Notes: generated by a model not told the origin, from the sequence alone. A DNA stretch of 64,000 nucleotides from Vulcanimicrobiota bacterium (GCA_050250895.1 JBFWNU010000005.1:192001-256000), one strand, 5' to 3'. Shown: positions 40,877-51,038, counted from the stretch's first letter. Made by a program: numbers and translations.

Positions 40877-41644
40877 GTGCTGCGTGACCTGTTCAAAGGA
40901 TTGATTTCGCTAGTCAAAGGTCAACCAAATGAACAGGCTCCCCCCGAGGAGCGTCGCCATCTGGTTCGCCTGAAGTGCTGCATCCCGGTGGAGTTGTTCC
41001 ATTCGGGAGAGGGCTTTGCGGCCACCGTGGTCGATATGGGCATCAAAGGCATGCAGATTCGGACCCGGGTCAACCTCGAGTCGGGGACCGAGGTCTCGGT
41101 GATGCACGGCTCTGAGTCTCCAGAGTTCAAGCTGCGGACGGTCCGCTGTAAAGTCGTGTGGTGCCGGGGAAGGCGCTTCTCCCAGGATGTGGTGCTAGGG
41201 GTTAGCTATCACGACAGCCCGCAGAACCTCGACGCGTCCTGGGTCCGCTATCTGCTCGGCTGTCTGGGGCTCGACGAAACCACCGTGCGCCAACGTCGCC
41301 AACATGTGCGAGTGGATGGCTCGATCATGACCGACATTTATCACCAGGAAGGGAACCGACTGGCCAGCGGGCAACTCGTAAATATGAGCCTGGGTGGCTG
41401 TCTGGTTCAGATTCCGCAACATGTCGAGCCATCCACTCCGGTGAGCCTCGAGATCGGACCGTTCTCGAACCTGCCGGTGCTCAAGGTGAAAGGAAAGACA
41501 ATCGACAGCCGCGAGGACGAGAGGCTGGGGGGTTATCTCTGTAGTCTCGAGTTCGATGAACTCGAGGCCCTCGAGGTGAAGAGAGTCGGGGATTACGTGA
41601 TTCGGCTGCTGCAGGAGTCGAGCGCACACTTCCAAGGGAGTTAG
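40877..41644 (+). CDS. Tandem PilZ-domain protein
   Basis: ERRHLVR...DMGIKGM and QRRQHVR...NMSLGGC. Confidence 0.88.
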   Translation: MLRDLFKGLISLVKGQPNEQAPPEERRHLVRLKCCIPVELFHSGEGFAATVVDMGIKGMQIRTRVNLESGTEVSVMHGSESPEFKLRTVRCKVVWCRGRRFSQDVVLGVSYHDSPQNLDASWVRYLLGCLGLDETTVRQRRQHVRVDGSIMTDIYHQEGNRLASGQLVNMSLGGCLVQIPQHVEPSTPVSLEIGPFSNLPVLKVKGKTIDSREDERLGGYLCSLEFDELEALEVKRVGDYVIRLLQESSAHFQGS

Positions 41645-41649
41645 GGATT

Positions 41650-42366
41650 ATGCACAGCGCCGTCGAGGTACTCCACCAGGTGAAACCAGTGGACGTGCTG
41701 GATCAGACTATCTATCGAACGCTGCAGCGCATTCGGGGAGATGCGCCCGAGCCGTTTCTGCTGAGAGAACTCAATTGCACTCACCGCGAGATCAGCGGTC
41801 GCTATCTGATTCGAGCCGATGAGCCAGCTCGCACCGGCGGCGAGGCGGCTGCTCTGGGCGCGCTGGCGGTGACCGGCTTGCTCTTTGCTCGCGCCCTGGT
41901 GACGCGCAAGCCGTTGCACTGGGCCGGTGCCCTGTGGGCCGGCTCGATCGCCCTGATGACCGGCCAGGACCTCATCAAGCGGGCCAGTTCGGCGGTGCGC
42001 CGTTTCACTGGCGGCAATCAAGACTTCGCCACCATGACGGTCTTGCCAGAGGAATTGATTTTCCTGTACCGTGACCAGGAGATCCACGTCAATCTGCCCC
42101 CCGCGGTGAGCGTCGTGCTCAGGACCTTCCGTCATCGCTTACGCGGCCGCGACGAGCAGTTCCACCTGCTGCAACTCGACCTCCATGACGGTCGCGTCAT
42201 CACCCTGTCGGGCTATGACGATGTGGTCACGGCGCGCCGCAACGGTCACCAGGTCTGTCGTGCGATGGGTCTGGGGATGGTCTTTCAGAACATCGAAGTG
42301 ACCGAGGTCGAAAATGGGATCAGCTGGGAACTAGGTCCTCAGCTGGTCGAGCCGGCCCTCAACTGA
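41650..42366 (+). CDS. Hypothetical membrane protein
   Basis: Two central TM segments. Confidence 0.6.
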   Translation: MHSAVEVLHQVKPVDVLDQTIYRTLQRIRGDAPEPFLLRELNCTHREISGRYLIRADEPARTGGEAAALGALAVTGLLFARALVTRKPLHWAGALWAGSIALMTGQDLIKRASSAVRRFTGGNQDFATMTVLPEELIFLYRDQEIHVNLPPAVSVVLRTFRHRLRGRDEQFHLLQLDLHDGRVITLSGYDDVVTARRNGHQVCRAMGLGMVFQNIEVTEVENGISWELGPQLVEPALN

Positions 42367-43066
42367 GGCGGTACGGGAACTTGGGGTCAAGCAACGGCCC
42401 CACATCCAACAGTTCGAGTCGCTCGTTGCTGCGGCGAATTACCTGCTGGCGTTCGAGGGCGTTGAGCAATGCCTCTACGGCGGGGCGTTCGGCCCCTAAC
42501 ATCTCGGCCAGCGTCTGAGCCGAAACGGGCACGTCGATCCGCACCCCGTCTTCGGTCTCTTCGCCCCGAGTCGCGGCCAGGGCGATGAGCTTCTGGGCCA
42601 ACCTCCGGTAAAGATCGAGATGCACCACCGCGGCCGTGTCGTGGTTGGTTTGTCTTAAACGATGAGCCAGTCCCACCATCAGTGCTAGAGCCAGCTCGAC
42701 GTTGGCTCGCAGGCTGGCCATGAAAGCCGGTCGCCGGATGCAGATCAGGCGGCAGTCCTCGAGGGATTCAGCTGTGGCCGAGCGAGGAAAGCACTCGATC
42801 AGCGCCATTTCACCCAGATAGTCCAGAGGGCCGAGCACGGCCAGCGTGAAGTTGTAGTCCTCTTCCACCACGGTCAGCTTGAGCGACCCGCTCATCACCA
42901 CATAGAAAGCGTCGCCGGGGTCGCCCTGGCGGAAGAGCACACCGTTCTTGGCCAGGGTCTTCTCTTCGGCCAGCTCGGAAATGCCTCGCAGGGAGCCCTC
43001 GTCGAGCTTGCGAAAGAGTGGAACCTTCGATAGGGAGTGGAATATCTCGTCCTTCGAGTGGAGCAC
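42359..43066 (-). CDS. Crp/Fnr family transcriptional regulator
   Basis: LFRQGDPGD, GEMAL, PRSAT, C-terminal HTH. Confidence 0.9.
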   Translation of the reverse strand: MLHSKDEIFHSLSKVPLFRKLDEGSLRGISELAEEKTLAKNGVLFRQGDPGDAFYVVMSGSLKLTVVEEDYNFTLAVLGPLDYLGEMALIECFPRSATAESLEDCRLICIRRPAFMASLRANVELALALMVGLAHRLRQTNHDTAAVVHLDLYRRLAQKLIALAATRGEETEDGVRIDVPVSAQTLAEMLGAERPAVEALLNALERQQVIRRSNERLELLDVGPLLDPKFPYRLS

Positions 43067-43117
43067 CCTGGCGATTTCCCTCCTGCATGGCGACATCCCT
43101 TTGAGGAGGCTCCTTTG

Positions 43118-43684
43118 ATGGCCTGGAACGAGCGATATCTGGCAGAAGACACGCCCTGGGATCGAGGCGGACCTACCCTCGCCCTGAGTCACTGGCTGGC
43201 TAGCGTGGAGCAGACCCTGAGGGTGGCCGTGCCCGGCTGCGGCCGCGGTCACGACGTGGTCGAGTTGGCCCGTCAGGGCCACCAGGTCGTCGCCCTGGAT
43301 ATCGCCCCGGTCGCCCTGGACCAGTTGCGCCAGCGCCTCGAGGCCGAGGAGCTTCAGGCCCTTGTCGAGTTGGCCGACGTGCTCGTTTGGCAACCCGAGA
43401 CTCGTCTCGACGCGGTCTACGAACAGACTTGCCTGTGCGCGCTTGGGCCCGAGCATTGGGTGACCTACGCCCACCAGCTCCATTCCTGGCTCAAGCCGGG
43501 AGGGACGCTGGCCGTGTCGTTCATGCACACCCACCGGGACGGCGGACCACCCTGGCATTGCCCCATCGACCGCATGCGAGAGCTATTCCCTGCCTCACGT
43601 TGGAGCTGGCCTCACCACGGCGGCTTACGCATCCCGCACCGCGAGGGCCTCTACGAGCTGGCCTACCAGCTGGAGCGCCTCTAG
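43118..43684 (+). CDS. Thiopurine S-methyltransferase family (TPMT-like)
   Basis: WNERY..TPWDRG, VPGCGRGHD, YEQTCLCAL, GGPPW. Confidence 0.9.
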   Translation: MAWNERYLAEDTPWDRGGPTLALSHWLASVEQTLRVAVPGCGRGHDVVELARQGHQVVALDIAPVALDQLRQRLEAEELQALVELADVLVWQPETRLDAVYEQTCLCALGPEHWVTYAHQLHSWLKPGGTLAVSFMHTHRDGGPPWHCPIDRMRELFPASRWSWPHHGGLRIPHREGLYELAYQLERL

Positions 43685-43940
43685 CCAGCGCGCTCGCTTC
43701 GCTCGCCGGGGAGCGCTCGCTTCGCTCACGAGAAAGGAGCTCTTGCTTCGCTCGAGGGAAAGGGAGCGGCCCTTCGGCCGCAAATCTTTGGGCGGCGAAG
43801 CCGCTCTCCGTCGGCCCCAGGCCGAATCGGCTCCTTTTCCCCGCGTAGCGGCTCCTCGTCGACGCGCAGCGTCGAAATCTCAGCCGCCAGGCTGCTCCCT
43901 GTCGACGTGCAGCGTCGAAGTCTCGCCACAGGCTGCTCCT
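43685..43940. repeat. Modular palindromic intergenic repeat (REP/BIME-like), copy 2
   Basis: GCTTCGCTC x3, GTCGACG(C/T)GCAGCGTCGA x2, CAGGCTGCTCC x2, CCGCGTAGCGGCTCCT. Confidence 0.75.
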
Positions 43941-45130
43941 TATCGGGCGACGACCGTCTGACCCGGTTCCTCCATATGGTGGAAGGCCTGCAGGCCGGTC
44001 AGGTGCTTGCCGATGATCAGTTGTTGGATCTGGCTGGTTCCCTCATACAGCGAGGCGACGCGGGCATCGCGCCAGAGACGTTCGGGGGCATACTCGTCAG
44101 AATAGCCGTAGCCACCGTGGATCTGGATGGCCATGTCGGCGGCCCGTTTGGCCACTTCGCTGGCGTAGTACTTGGCCATCGAGACGGGGATGGTCGAGCG
44201 TTCGCCTTTGTTCTTGGCATGACCGGCTTGATAGACCAGCAAACGAGCGGCCTGGGTTTCCACGTGCATGTCGGCCAGCAGTTGTTGCACCAGCTGGAAG
44301 CCGGCGATGGGCTGGTCGAAGGCGACCCGCTCCTTGCTGTAGGCCAGGCTGCAATCGAGGGCGTGCTGGGCGATGCCGACGCAACCGCTGGCCACACCAT
44401 AGCGGCCGTTGTCGAGGGCGGCCATGGCGATCTTGAAGCCATCGCCGATCTCGCCCATGCGTTGCGAATCGGGCACGGTCACGTTCTCGAGAAAGATTTC
44501 GCCCGTGTCGCTGGCCCGCAGGCCCAGCTTGCCCTTCATCTGGCGACCCTCGTAGCCGGGGGTGCTGGTCTCGACCAGAAAGGCGGTCATGCCGTGGTGG
44601 CGACTGCCAGGGTCGGTCTGGGCGAAGATGATGGCCACATCCGCCCAGGTCCCGTTCGAGATCCAGACCTTCTGGCCGTTGAGGACCCAGTCGCTGCCTC
44701 GGCGCACGGCCGTGGTCTTGACGTTCGAGGCGTCCGAGCCGGCATCGGGCTCGGTCAGGCCGAAGCAGCCAATCCACTCGCCGCTACAAAGCTTGGGCAG
44801 GTAGGCTTTCTTCAGCTCTTCGGGAGCGTACTTCAGAATGGTCAACTCCACCAACGACATCTGCACCGACAGAGTGGTGCGCACTGACGAGTCGGCATAG
44901 CCGACTTCTTCGAAGACGATAGCCTCGGCAATATAATCCAGGCCGGCTCCGCCATACTCTTCGGGCACCGGTACGCCCAGAAATCCGAGCTTGCCCATCG
45001 CCTTGAGCAGGTCACGGGGGAAGGCGCCGGCTCGGTCCCAGTCGCGGGCATACGGAAGAATCTTGTCTTTGGCGAAACTCCGCACCGAGTCTCGAATCAT
45101 GCGTTGTTCTGAGTTGAGGTCGAAATCCAT
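43940..45130 (-). CDS. Acyl-CoA dehydrogenase
   Basis: FGLTEPDAGSD, NGQKVWISNG, QIHGGYGY, YEGTSQIQ. Confidence 0.94.
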   Translation of the reverse strand: MDFDLNSEQRMIRDSVRSFAKDKILPYARDWDRAGAFPRDLLKAMGKLGFLGVPVPEEYGGAGLDYIAEAIVFEEVGYADSSVRTTLSVQMSLVELTILKYAPEELKKAYLPKLCSGEWIGCFGLTEPDAGSDASNVKTTAVRRGSDWVLNGQKVWISNGTWADVAIIFAQTDPGSRHHGMTAFLVETSTPGYEGRQMKGKLGLRASDTGEIFLENVTVPDSQRMGEIGDGFKIAMAALDNGRYGVASGCVGIAQHALDCSLAYSKERVAFDQPIAGFQLVQQLLADMHVETQAARLLVYQAGHAKNKGERSTIPVSMAKYYASEVAKRAADMAIQIHGGYGYSDEYAPERLWRDARVASLYEGTSQIQQLIIGKHLTGLQAFHHMEEPGQTVVAR

Positions 45131-45200
45131 ACCGCTGTATTACCCTGGGCACCGTGGCTCAAAACAGGCCCCTCCTGGGCCGGTCGCGAAAGGCCCGGGC

Positions 45201-45935
45201 GTGAGTAGCTGGGCTGAACTGACCTATCCTGAGGTCGAGGCTCTCGACCGCGGTCGGGCCTTGCCGATCTTACCTTTGGGGGCGGTCGAGGCCCACGGCC
45301 CTCACCTGCCGCTCGATACCGATAACATTATCTCGTTGGCGGTGGCCCGCCAGGCGGCCAGCTTGCTCGAGCCGGTCTGGCAAGGTCTGGTCTTGCCGCC
45401 GATGGCCTATGCTCCGGCCCCGTTTGCGGCCGGCTTTCGCGGCACCATCTCGGTGCGCCCCGAGACGCTGCGCGAGACGGTGGTCGACATCGGTCTCGAC
45501 CTTAAGGATCAGGGTTTTCCTGGTCTGGTGCTGGTAAACTCGCACTTCGATCCGGCCCACATCGGTGCTCTTTATGGTGCCATCGAGCGCCTCCACGAAT
45601 TCCGCGTGATCTTTCCCGACTTCACCCGTCGCCGCTTGGCCGAGCGCATGAGCGACGAGTTTCGCAGCGGAGCGTGCCACGCCGGGCAGTACGAGAGCTC
45701 GGTGGTGCTGGCGGCCCGCCCCGAGTTGGTGCGCGAGGCGGCCCGTCAGGCTTTAGAAGACAACCCGGCCTCGCTTTCCGAGGCCATTCGGTCAGGCAAG
45801 GCCAGCTTCGTCGAGGCCGGCGGACCGCAGGCCTATTTCGGCTACCCCCGCCGGGCTAGCGCCGAAGAAGGTCGCCAGACCATAGAACTGATGGCCTCGC
45901 TGGTGGTCGAGGCAGTCAAGGAGGCATTCGCGTGA
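45201..45935 (+). CDS. Creatininase family protein
   Basis: LPLGAVEAHGPHLPLDTD, NSH, HAGQYESS. Confidence 0.9.
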   Translation: MSSWAELTYPEVEALDRGRALPILPLGAVEAHGPHLPLDTDNIISLAVARQAASLLEPVWQGLVLPPMAYAPAPFAAGFRGTISVRPETLRETVVDIGLDLKDQGFPGLVLVNSHFDPAHIGALYGAIERLHEFRVIFPDFTRRRLAERMSDEFRSGACHAGQYESSVVLAARPELVREAARQALEDNPASLSEAIRSGKASFVEAGGPQAYFGYPRRASAEEGRQTIELMASLVVEAVKEAFA

Positions 45936-46705
45936 GACTCAAAGGTAAGAAGGCCGTCGTCACCGGCGGTGGGCGCGGCATCGGCGCCGCGGTGGCCGAA
46001 GAACTGGCGCGCCAGGGTTGCGAGGTGGTGGTGGCCGCCCGTACTCTTTGTCAGCTCGAATCGGTGGTCGAAGCGATCAAAGGCCCCGGTGGGGTGGCTC
46101 ACGCCGTCGAGTGTGACGTGACCGACCCCGATTCGGTGGCCGCCATGGCCATGCAGGCCAAGGAGTTGATGGGCTCGGTGCACATCCTGGTCAACAATGC
46201 CGGCATTGCCTCCAGTGCCCCCCTCAAGAGCCTGACCCTGCAAGAGTGGAATCGCATCCTCTCGGTCAACACCACCGGCACCTATCTCTGCACGCAGGCC
46301 TTTCTGCCGGCCATGTCCGACCAGAAGTGGGGGCGGGTCATCAATGTGGCCTCGGTGGCCGGCCAGGCCGGCGCCAAGTACATTTCGGCCTATAGCTCGT
46401 CCAAGCACGCCGTCATCGGCTTTACCCGCTGTATCGCCCTCGAGGTGGCGCCCAAGGGAGTCACCGTCAACGCGGTCTGCCCGGGGTATGTCGACACCGA
46501 CCTGACCGGCGAGACGGTCGACCGGATCATCGAGAAGACCGGCATGACCGAACAGGACGCCATCGAAAGCCTGGCTCGCACCAACCCCCAGCATCGTCTG
46601 ATCCAGCCCGATGAAGTCGCCTATCTGGTGCTGTGCTTGTGCGACGAGCGGGCCCGGGGTATCAACGGCCAGGCCATCAACATCGATGGGGGAGGGCTGG
46701 CTTGA
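45932..46705 (+). CDS. SDR family oxidoreductase
   Basis: TGGGRGIG, NNAG, YSSSK, VCPGYVDT. Confidence 0.93.
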   Translation: MRLKGKKAVVTGGGRGIGAAVAEELARQGCEVVVAARTLCQLESVVEAIKGPGGVAHAVECDVTDPDSVAAMAMQAKELMGSVHILVNNAGIASSAPLKSLTLQEWNRILSVNTTGTYLCTQAFLPAMSDQKWGRVINVASVAGQAGAKYISAYSSSKHAVIGFTRCIALEVAPKGVTVNAVCPGYVDTDLTGETVDRIIEKTGMTEQDAIESLARTNPQHRLIQPDEVAYLVLCLCDERARGINGQAINIDGGGLA

Positions 46706-47100
46706 AACTCGAGCCCATCAACCCCGAGAGCCTGGGCGCGCCCAAAGGCTACTCCAACGGCATCCTCTGCCCGGCCGGCGGGCGCCTGCTGTTCGTGGCC
46801 GGCCAGATCGCCTGGGATCAGCAGCAGAAGTTCGTGGCCGCCACCTTTGGGGCCCAGTTCCGCCGGGCCCTGGCCAACGTTGTCGCGGTGGTCGCCGAGG
46901 CCGGCGGTCAGGCCGACCAGATCGCCAGTATGCGCATCTATGTCACCGACAAGAGGCTCTATCTGGCCGAACTCAAAGAGGTCGGCGCGGCCTATCGCGA
47001 GTTCATGGGCAAGCACTTCCCCGCCATGGCCCTGGTGGAGGTGCGGGGACTGCTCGAGGATCAGGCCTTAGTCGAGATCGAAGCCACGGCCGTGATCTAG
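46702..47100 (+). CDS. RidA/YjgF family protein
   Basis: PKGYSNG, LFVAGQIAWD, HFPAM, VEIEATA. Confidence 0.92.
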   Translation: MKLEPINPESLGAPKGYSNGILCPAGGRLLFVAGQIAWDQQQKFVAATFGAQFRRALANVVAVVAEAGGQADQIASMRIYVTDKRLYLAELKEVGAAYREFMGKHFPAMALVEVRGLLEDQALVEIEATAVI

Positions 47101-47438
47101 CCTAGTTGGAAGCGGTAGCTGCGTCCGTCTGGGCTAGACCAGATGCCCTCGTAGCCGCTGGTCGTGAGCAAACCGTCAAAGGTGCCGGAGTGCTTGCCCT
47201 GATAGAACTCCTGAAGGGTGCAGTTCTGTTCCAGCAGTGTGCCAGACAGCGTCAAAGTGTTGCCCGTCTTCAGATAGGTGTATTGGCCGCTCACAGAGCC
47301 GCCATCGATCGACAGGGTCATCGCGATTTCGCTGCCCGCCAATGAGCCTCGCAGACCCCCGCTGGGAGCGTGGGCCAGGGCGGGTAGACTGGCCAGCGCG
47401 GCGACCGGCACTAACGAGAGAAATCGTCGTCTGTTCAT
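47097..47438 (-). CDS. Small Tat-exported beta-barrel-like protein
   Basis: MNRRRFLSL...ALA signal; GQYTY, GTFDG, YEGIWSS. Confidence 0.7.
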   Translation of the reverse strand: MNRRRFLSLVPVAALASLPALAHAPSGGLRGSLAGSEIAMTLSIDGGSVSGQYTYLKTGNTLTLSGTLLEQNCTLQEFYQGKHSGTFDGLLTTSGYEGIWSSPDGRSYRFQLG

Positions 47439-47548
47439 CCCTGGACCTTCGCCGTGACCCGGGCGCCCGCCTGTTCTAGGCGGGCCACCACGTAGCCACC
47501 GAGAAAGCCCGTGCCTCCGGTCACCAGCACCGCTTTGCCTCTCCAACC
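47435..47548 (-). pseudogene. 5' remnant of GDP-L-fucose synthase
   Basis: [32 protein letters not shown], nearly the same as the N-terminus of 57926..58855, then stop. Confidence 0.85.
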
Positions 47549-47625
47549 CCGATACCTGCGGCGGTCCGCGCCGCTGGGTTAGGGCCTGAATTCAGGGGAT
47601 TACGCCCGGCTGTGGAGAAGACATC

Positions 47626-48498
47626 TTGATGCACCCGTTGACTCTTCTTACTGGTTTGGCGGGATTGGCCTGGTTGGGCGCCAAGCGGTCGTATCGCCCG
47701 CTTTTGCCCACCTACGCTGGCCCTAGCGAGCGCCTCGCCGGCACCAGCATCTTGTCTTCCCTGGAGGCTGAGCTGCCTGAGCACCAGAACGCCGTCTGGT
47801 GTGCAACCAGCGATTGGTGCCGGCCTCAGGCCGGGGGCGCACTGCCTGGCTATCTGACCATCAGCCGTCCGGATCCGGCACGGTTCGGGTTGCCGTCCGA
47901 TGGAGAGATCACCGTCTGCAGTCTGGAAGCTCACCTCAGGTTTGCAGTTCCGTTTCGGTCGGCTAACCAACCGCTGATATTTCGGGCTAGCGGCGGAGCT
48001 ACCCGGGCCGTGAACTGGTTTGGCCTGCGGGCCGAGGACCGGAGCAAATACAGGTCAATACGCAGGCAGGTACAGATACTGTGGGAAGATGACGAGGGCT
48101 TCGCGCTCGACATTTGCCGGTTCTCTCGACCCTTTCGGGTGATCGTGGCTCAGATCCCCAGGCCTTCCAGTCTCGGGGCGGGCGTCGAGGCTGTCCGCCA
48201 ACGATGCGAGCAACCTCCGCGTCCTCTCGACCTTTGCGCGTCGCTGGCCATCCCGGCCCAGAGCTGGGAACTCTCTCAGCTCTTCGCGATAGACGCGTCC
48301 ACATTCCGGGCAGAGTCAATCCAGTTTCGTCTCGACCGAGACGGGTGCCAGCTCGCCTCGGTCTCGCTAATTTGTTACCTTGGCCGGCAGGAGTATCACT
48401 TCGATCAGCCCTTCCTGCTCTATCTCGAGACCAGACCTGACGAGCAACCCGTGATGGTGATGTGGGTAGACAATGCTGAACTGCTGGCGCCCTGGTAG
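47626..48498 (+). CDS. Hypothetical protein, serpin-like C-terminus
   Basis: ESIQFRLDRDG...YHFDQPFLLYL...MWVDNAELL. Confidence 0.55.
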   Translation: MMHPLTLLTGLAGLAWLGAKRSYRPLLPTYAGPSERLAGTSILSSLEAELPEHQNAVWCATSDWCRPQAGGALPGYLTISRPDPARFGLPSDGEITVCSLEAHLRFAVPFRSANQPLIFRASGGATRAVNWFGLRAEDRSKYRSIRRQVQILWEDDEGFALDICRFSRPFRVIVAQIPRPSSLGAGVEAVRQRCEQPPRPLDLCASLAIPAQSWELSQLFAIDASTFRAESIQFRLDRDGCQLASVSLICYLGRQEYHFDQPFLLYLETRPDEQPVMVMWVDNAELLAPW

Positions 48499-49085
48499 CG
48501 CGCCTCATCACGGGTGACACTCCGGGGGCTGCGGTCGGATTTCTTCGCCGGTAGCCAGGATGTAATTGTGTTGTTGGTATCGCCAGGGATTAGCTCTTGC
48601 AGGTGCAGCAAGAGGTGCGTGTCCTTAGGCCGGCCCTTGAGGAGAACAGTTAGTGAGAGGGGGCGCTCCACGAGCTGCGGAAAGCACCGAGTGCCTGGTC
48701 GGACCAGCTTCACAAATACCTTTTCGACCCCCTCCAGGTCGGCCAACGTAGATTCGAAACTGTCTTGGGCCTCGCTTTCCAGCAGCGCCCGGGCGATTTT
48801 GGCCTCCCTCCCGTTGAGGGCAGGCATTGGCGGGTGGCCGGGCCGGGGCAGATGGCGCCGGGCCAATTCCAATCGCGCCTGGTGGACCTCGAGTTCGCTG
48901 ACGTAGACATAACTTTCGTCTGCGGCCGCGGCGTAGCCGGCTTGGGCCAGTGTGTCGGCCAACTCGCGGCATTCGCTGCCGGGAAAGGGGCGGAGGTTGA
49001 CAGGTGTGTCAGGGACTACCCGTGCCGGACGAAAGAGCGCCGTCAGGGCGAGCACGATGAGAAGGGGCAACCACTGTCGGACCAT
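48420..49085 (-). CDS. Stand-alone FliF/YscJ-like ring-building domain protein
   Basis: TM, ELADTLAQAG...VYVSELEVHQARLELARRHLP, FESTLADLEGVEKVFVKLVRP; leaderless TATACT-6-ATG. Confidence 0.6.
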   Translation of the reverse strand: MVRQWLPLLIVLALTALFRPARVVPDTPVNLRPFPGSECRELADTLAQAGYAAAADESYVYVSELEVHQARLELARRHLPRPGHPPMPALNGREAKIARALLESEAQDSFESTLADLEGVEKVFVKLVRPGTRCFPQLVERPLSLTVLLKGRPKDTHLLLHLQELIPGDTNNTITSWLPAKKSDRSPRSVTRDEARYQGASSSALSTHITITGCSSGLVSR

Positions 49086-49119
49086 AGTCTGAGTATAACC
49101 GCAGGCGGCGATCACGGCT

Positions 49120-49506
49120 ATGCCGAACTCCATGGATGTTCGCCTGGCCGTAGAGGCGCATCAGCTATTCACCTATCCCGACGTGCTGGTCGTGTGCGGC
49201 TCGCCCCGGCTCTTCGAGGGGCGCAACGACACCCTGGTCGACGCCACGCTGATCGTAGAGGTGCTCTCCCCCTCGACCGAGTCCTACGATCGAGACCAGA
49301 AGTTCCGTTTTTACCGCGCCCTGCCTTCGCTCGAAGAGTATGTCACCGTGGCCCAGGCTTCGGTGTTGGTCGAGCAGCACCAACGCCAGTCCGACAGCAC
49401 CTGGCTGCTCCGAGAACATCACTCGCTCAGCCAGAGGCTTGCCCTCCGGTCGCTGGGGGTCGAGATCGGCCTCGAGGGAATCTATCAGAACATCGAGGGG
49501 CTGTGA
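49120..49506 (+). pseudogene. Internally deleted Uma2 endonuclease copy
   Basis: 49134-49506 matches 59242-59614 with 3 synonymous differences seen; N-terminal ~65 codons missing. Confidence 0.85.
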
Positions 49507-50323
49507 CCGGGCCGCCAATCTGGCCATTCGAGGGGTGCTGGGGTTGCAGCGGCCCGTGCTGGTGGGTCGGCTGGGTGGGTTGGAAGGTGCCACCCTGGCC
49601 TACTATCTGCGGCATCGGCCGCGCCGCCCCTATCCGGAATGGTTGCGGGAGCGAATGCACTACAGCGCAGGTCTGTTCTCCAACGACGACCAGAGCATGG
49701 ATGTTTACTCCATGCTGACGGCCGCGGCCCTACGCCAGGCTGACTTGTTAGCAGTCTGGTGGGCGCCCGGCGAAGCTTCGGCCCTGCGGGGTTGCCTGGC
49801 CGATGGTGTGCCGCTGGTGAATCTGGCCAACCTGCAGCCCTTTCGTCACCCGGAGCCCTGGAGTCAGTTGCTGGCGGGTAAGAAAGTGGTGGTGGTGCAT
49901 CCGTTCGAGGCCTCCATACGGCAGAACTACGCTCGTCGCCACCTGCTTTTTGACGACCCGGCCGTCTTGCCCGGCTTCGAGCTCGAGGTGGTCAAGGCGG
50001 TGCAGGGAGTGACCGGCATCGAGACGGGCTTTGCTGATTGGTTTGCGGCCTTTGAGTGGATGAAGGCGCAGTTGAGCGGGCTCGACTACGAGGTGGCTCT
50101 GGTGGGGTGCGGAGCCTACGGCCTCCCGCTAGCGGCCTGGATTAAGGGGCAGGGCCGCCAGGCCATCCATCTGGGCGGAGTCACCCAGTTGCTTTTCGGT
50201 ATTCGAGGCAGGCGCTGGGACCGGCGGCTGCCGGCGGGACTCTGCCTGCAAAACTGGACCCGACCCCTGCCCGAAGAGACTCCTCCGGATTTTATGGGCA
50301 TGGAGGACGGTTGCTACTGGTAG
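49503..50323 (+). CDS. Polysaccharide-cluster hypothetical protein (GT-like); start uncertain
   Basis: PWSQLLAGKKVVVVHPF, VALVGCGAYGLPLA, AIHLGGVTQLLFGIRGRRWD, EDGCYW; GTG 49503 is out of frame by one base. Confidence 0.7.
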
Positions 50324-51038
50324 GTTTGCCGTAGTAGCGCTGGCGCACTCGAAGGTCTTCTTGCAGGCGGACGCTCTGTCGACTCAGCTCGAGCCCCTCG
50401 GGGTTTTCATAGTAGATTCCGATGGGTTCCTCGAAATGATGCAGCCGATAGCGTTCGGCGACCCGCAGCCAAAATTCCCAATCGCCCGAGACCTGAAAGC
50501 TCTCGTCGAACAGGCCCAAGCGATCGTGCAGGCTGCGCCGCCACATCGGGTTGGGGCCGCACAGGCACTGCAAGAGCAGGGCCTGGTGCTGGTAGGCCCT
50601 GCGTCGAACCCGCTGTAGGCGGCCGGCCGCCAGGGCGGTGGGCCAGTCGAGAACGTCCTCGGGGGTGACCGCCCGCCAGTTGTCGGGATAAACCAGGGCC
50701 ACCTCGGGAAGACTCTCCAAGCAGCAGACCAGGCGAGACAATCCGTCAGTCTGCATACGGTCATCGGTGTTGGCGTTGGTCAGAAACTCGCCCCGGGCGA
50801 TTTCGATGGCCCGATTCCAGGCTCCATAGACGGTCTGGTGGGGGGTTTCCAACAAGCGGATATTCGGGTGGCGACACTGGTAGTCAGCGGTGATTTCGGC
50901 CTCTCGCTGGGGCGAGCCGCTGACCACCACCACGATTTCGAGAGCCTGGCCAAGATCCTGGGCCAGGAGGTTGTCGAGCCTGGTGGCCAGCCAGGCCTCG
51001 GACCGATAGCAAGAGACCAGGGCCGAGACTTTGATCAA
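50292..51038 (-). CDS. Glycosyltransferase family 2
   Basis: VSALVSCY, YGAWNRAI, NANTDDR, GDWEFWLR. Confidence 0.9.
   Translation of the reverse strand: MIKVSALVSCYRSEAWLATRLDNLLAQDLGQALEIVVVVSGSPQREAEITADYQCRHPNIRLLETPHQTVYGAWNRAIEIARGEFLTNANTDDRMQTDGLSRLVCCLESLPEVALVYPDNWRAVTPEDVLDWPTALAAGRLQRVRRRAYQHQALLLQCLCGPNPMWRRSLHDRLGLFDESFQVSGDWEFWLRVAERYRLHHFEEPIGIYYENPEGLELSRQSVRLQEDLRVRQRYYGKPTSSNRPPCP

Noticed and set aside
42359-43066. This Crp/Fnr protein as the binder of the FNR box at 15124
   Set aside because: Its recognition helix reads RPAVEALL rather than E-x-x-S-R, and it lacks the FNR Cys cluster. No sequence support.
43685-43940. CRISPR array
   Set aside because: Repeat blocks are irregular in order and spacing, with no unique equal-length spacers and no cas genes.
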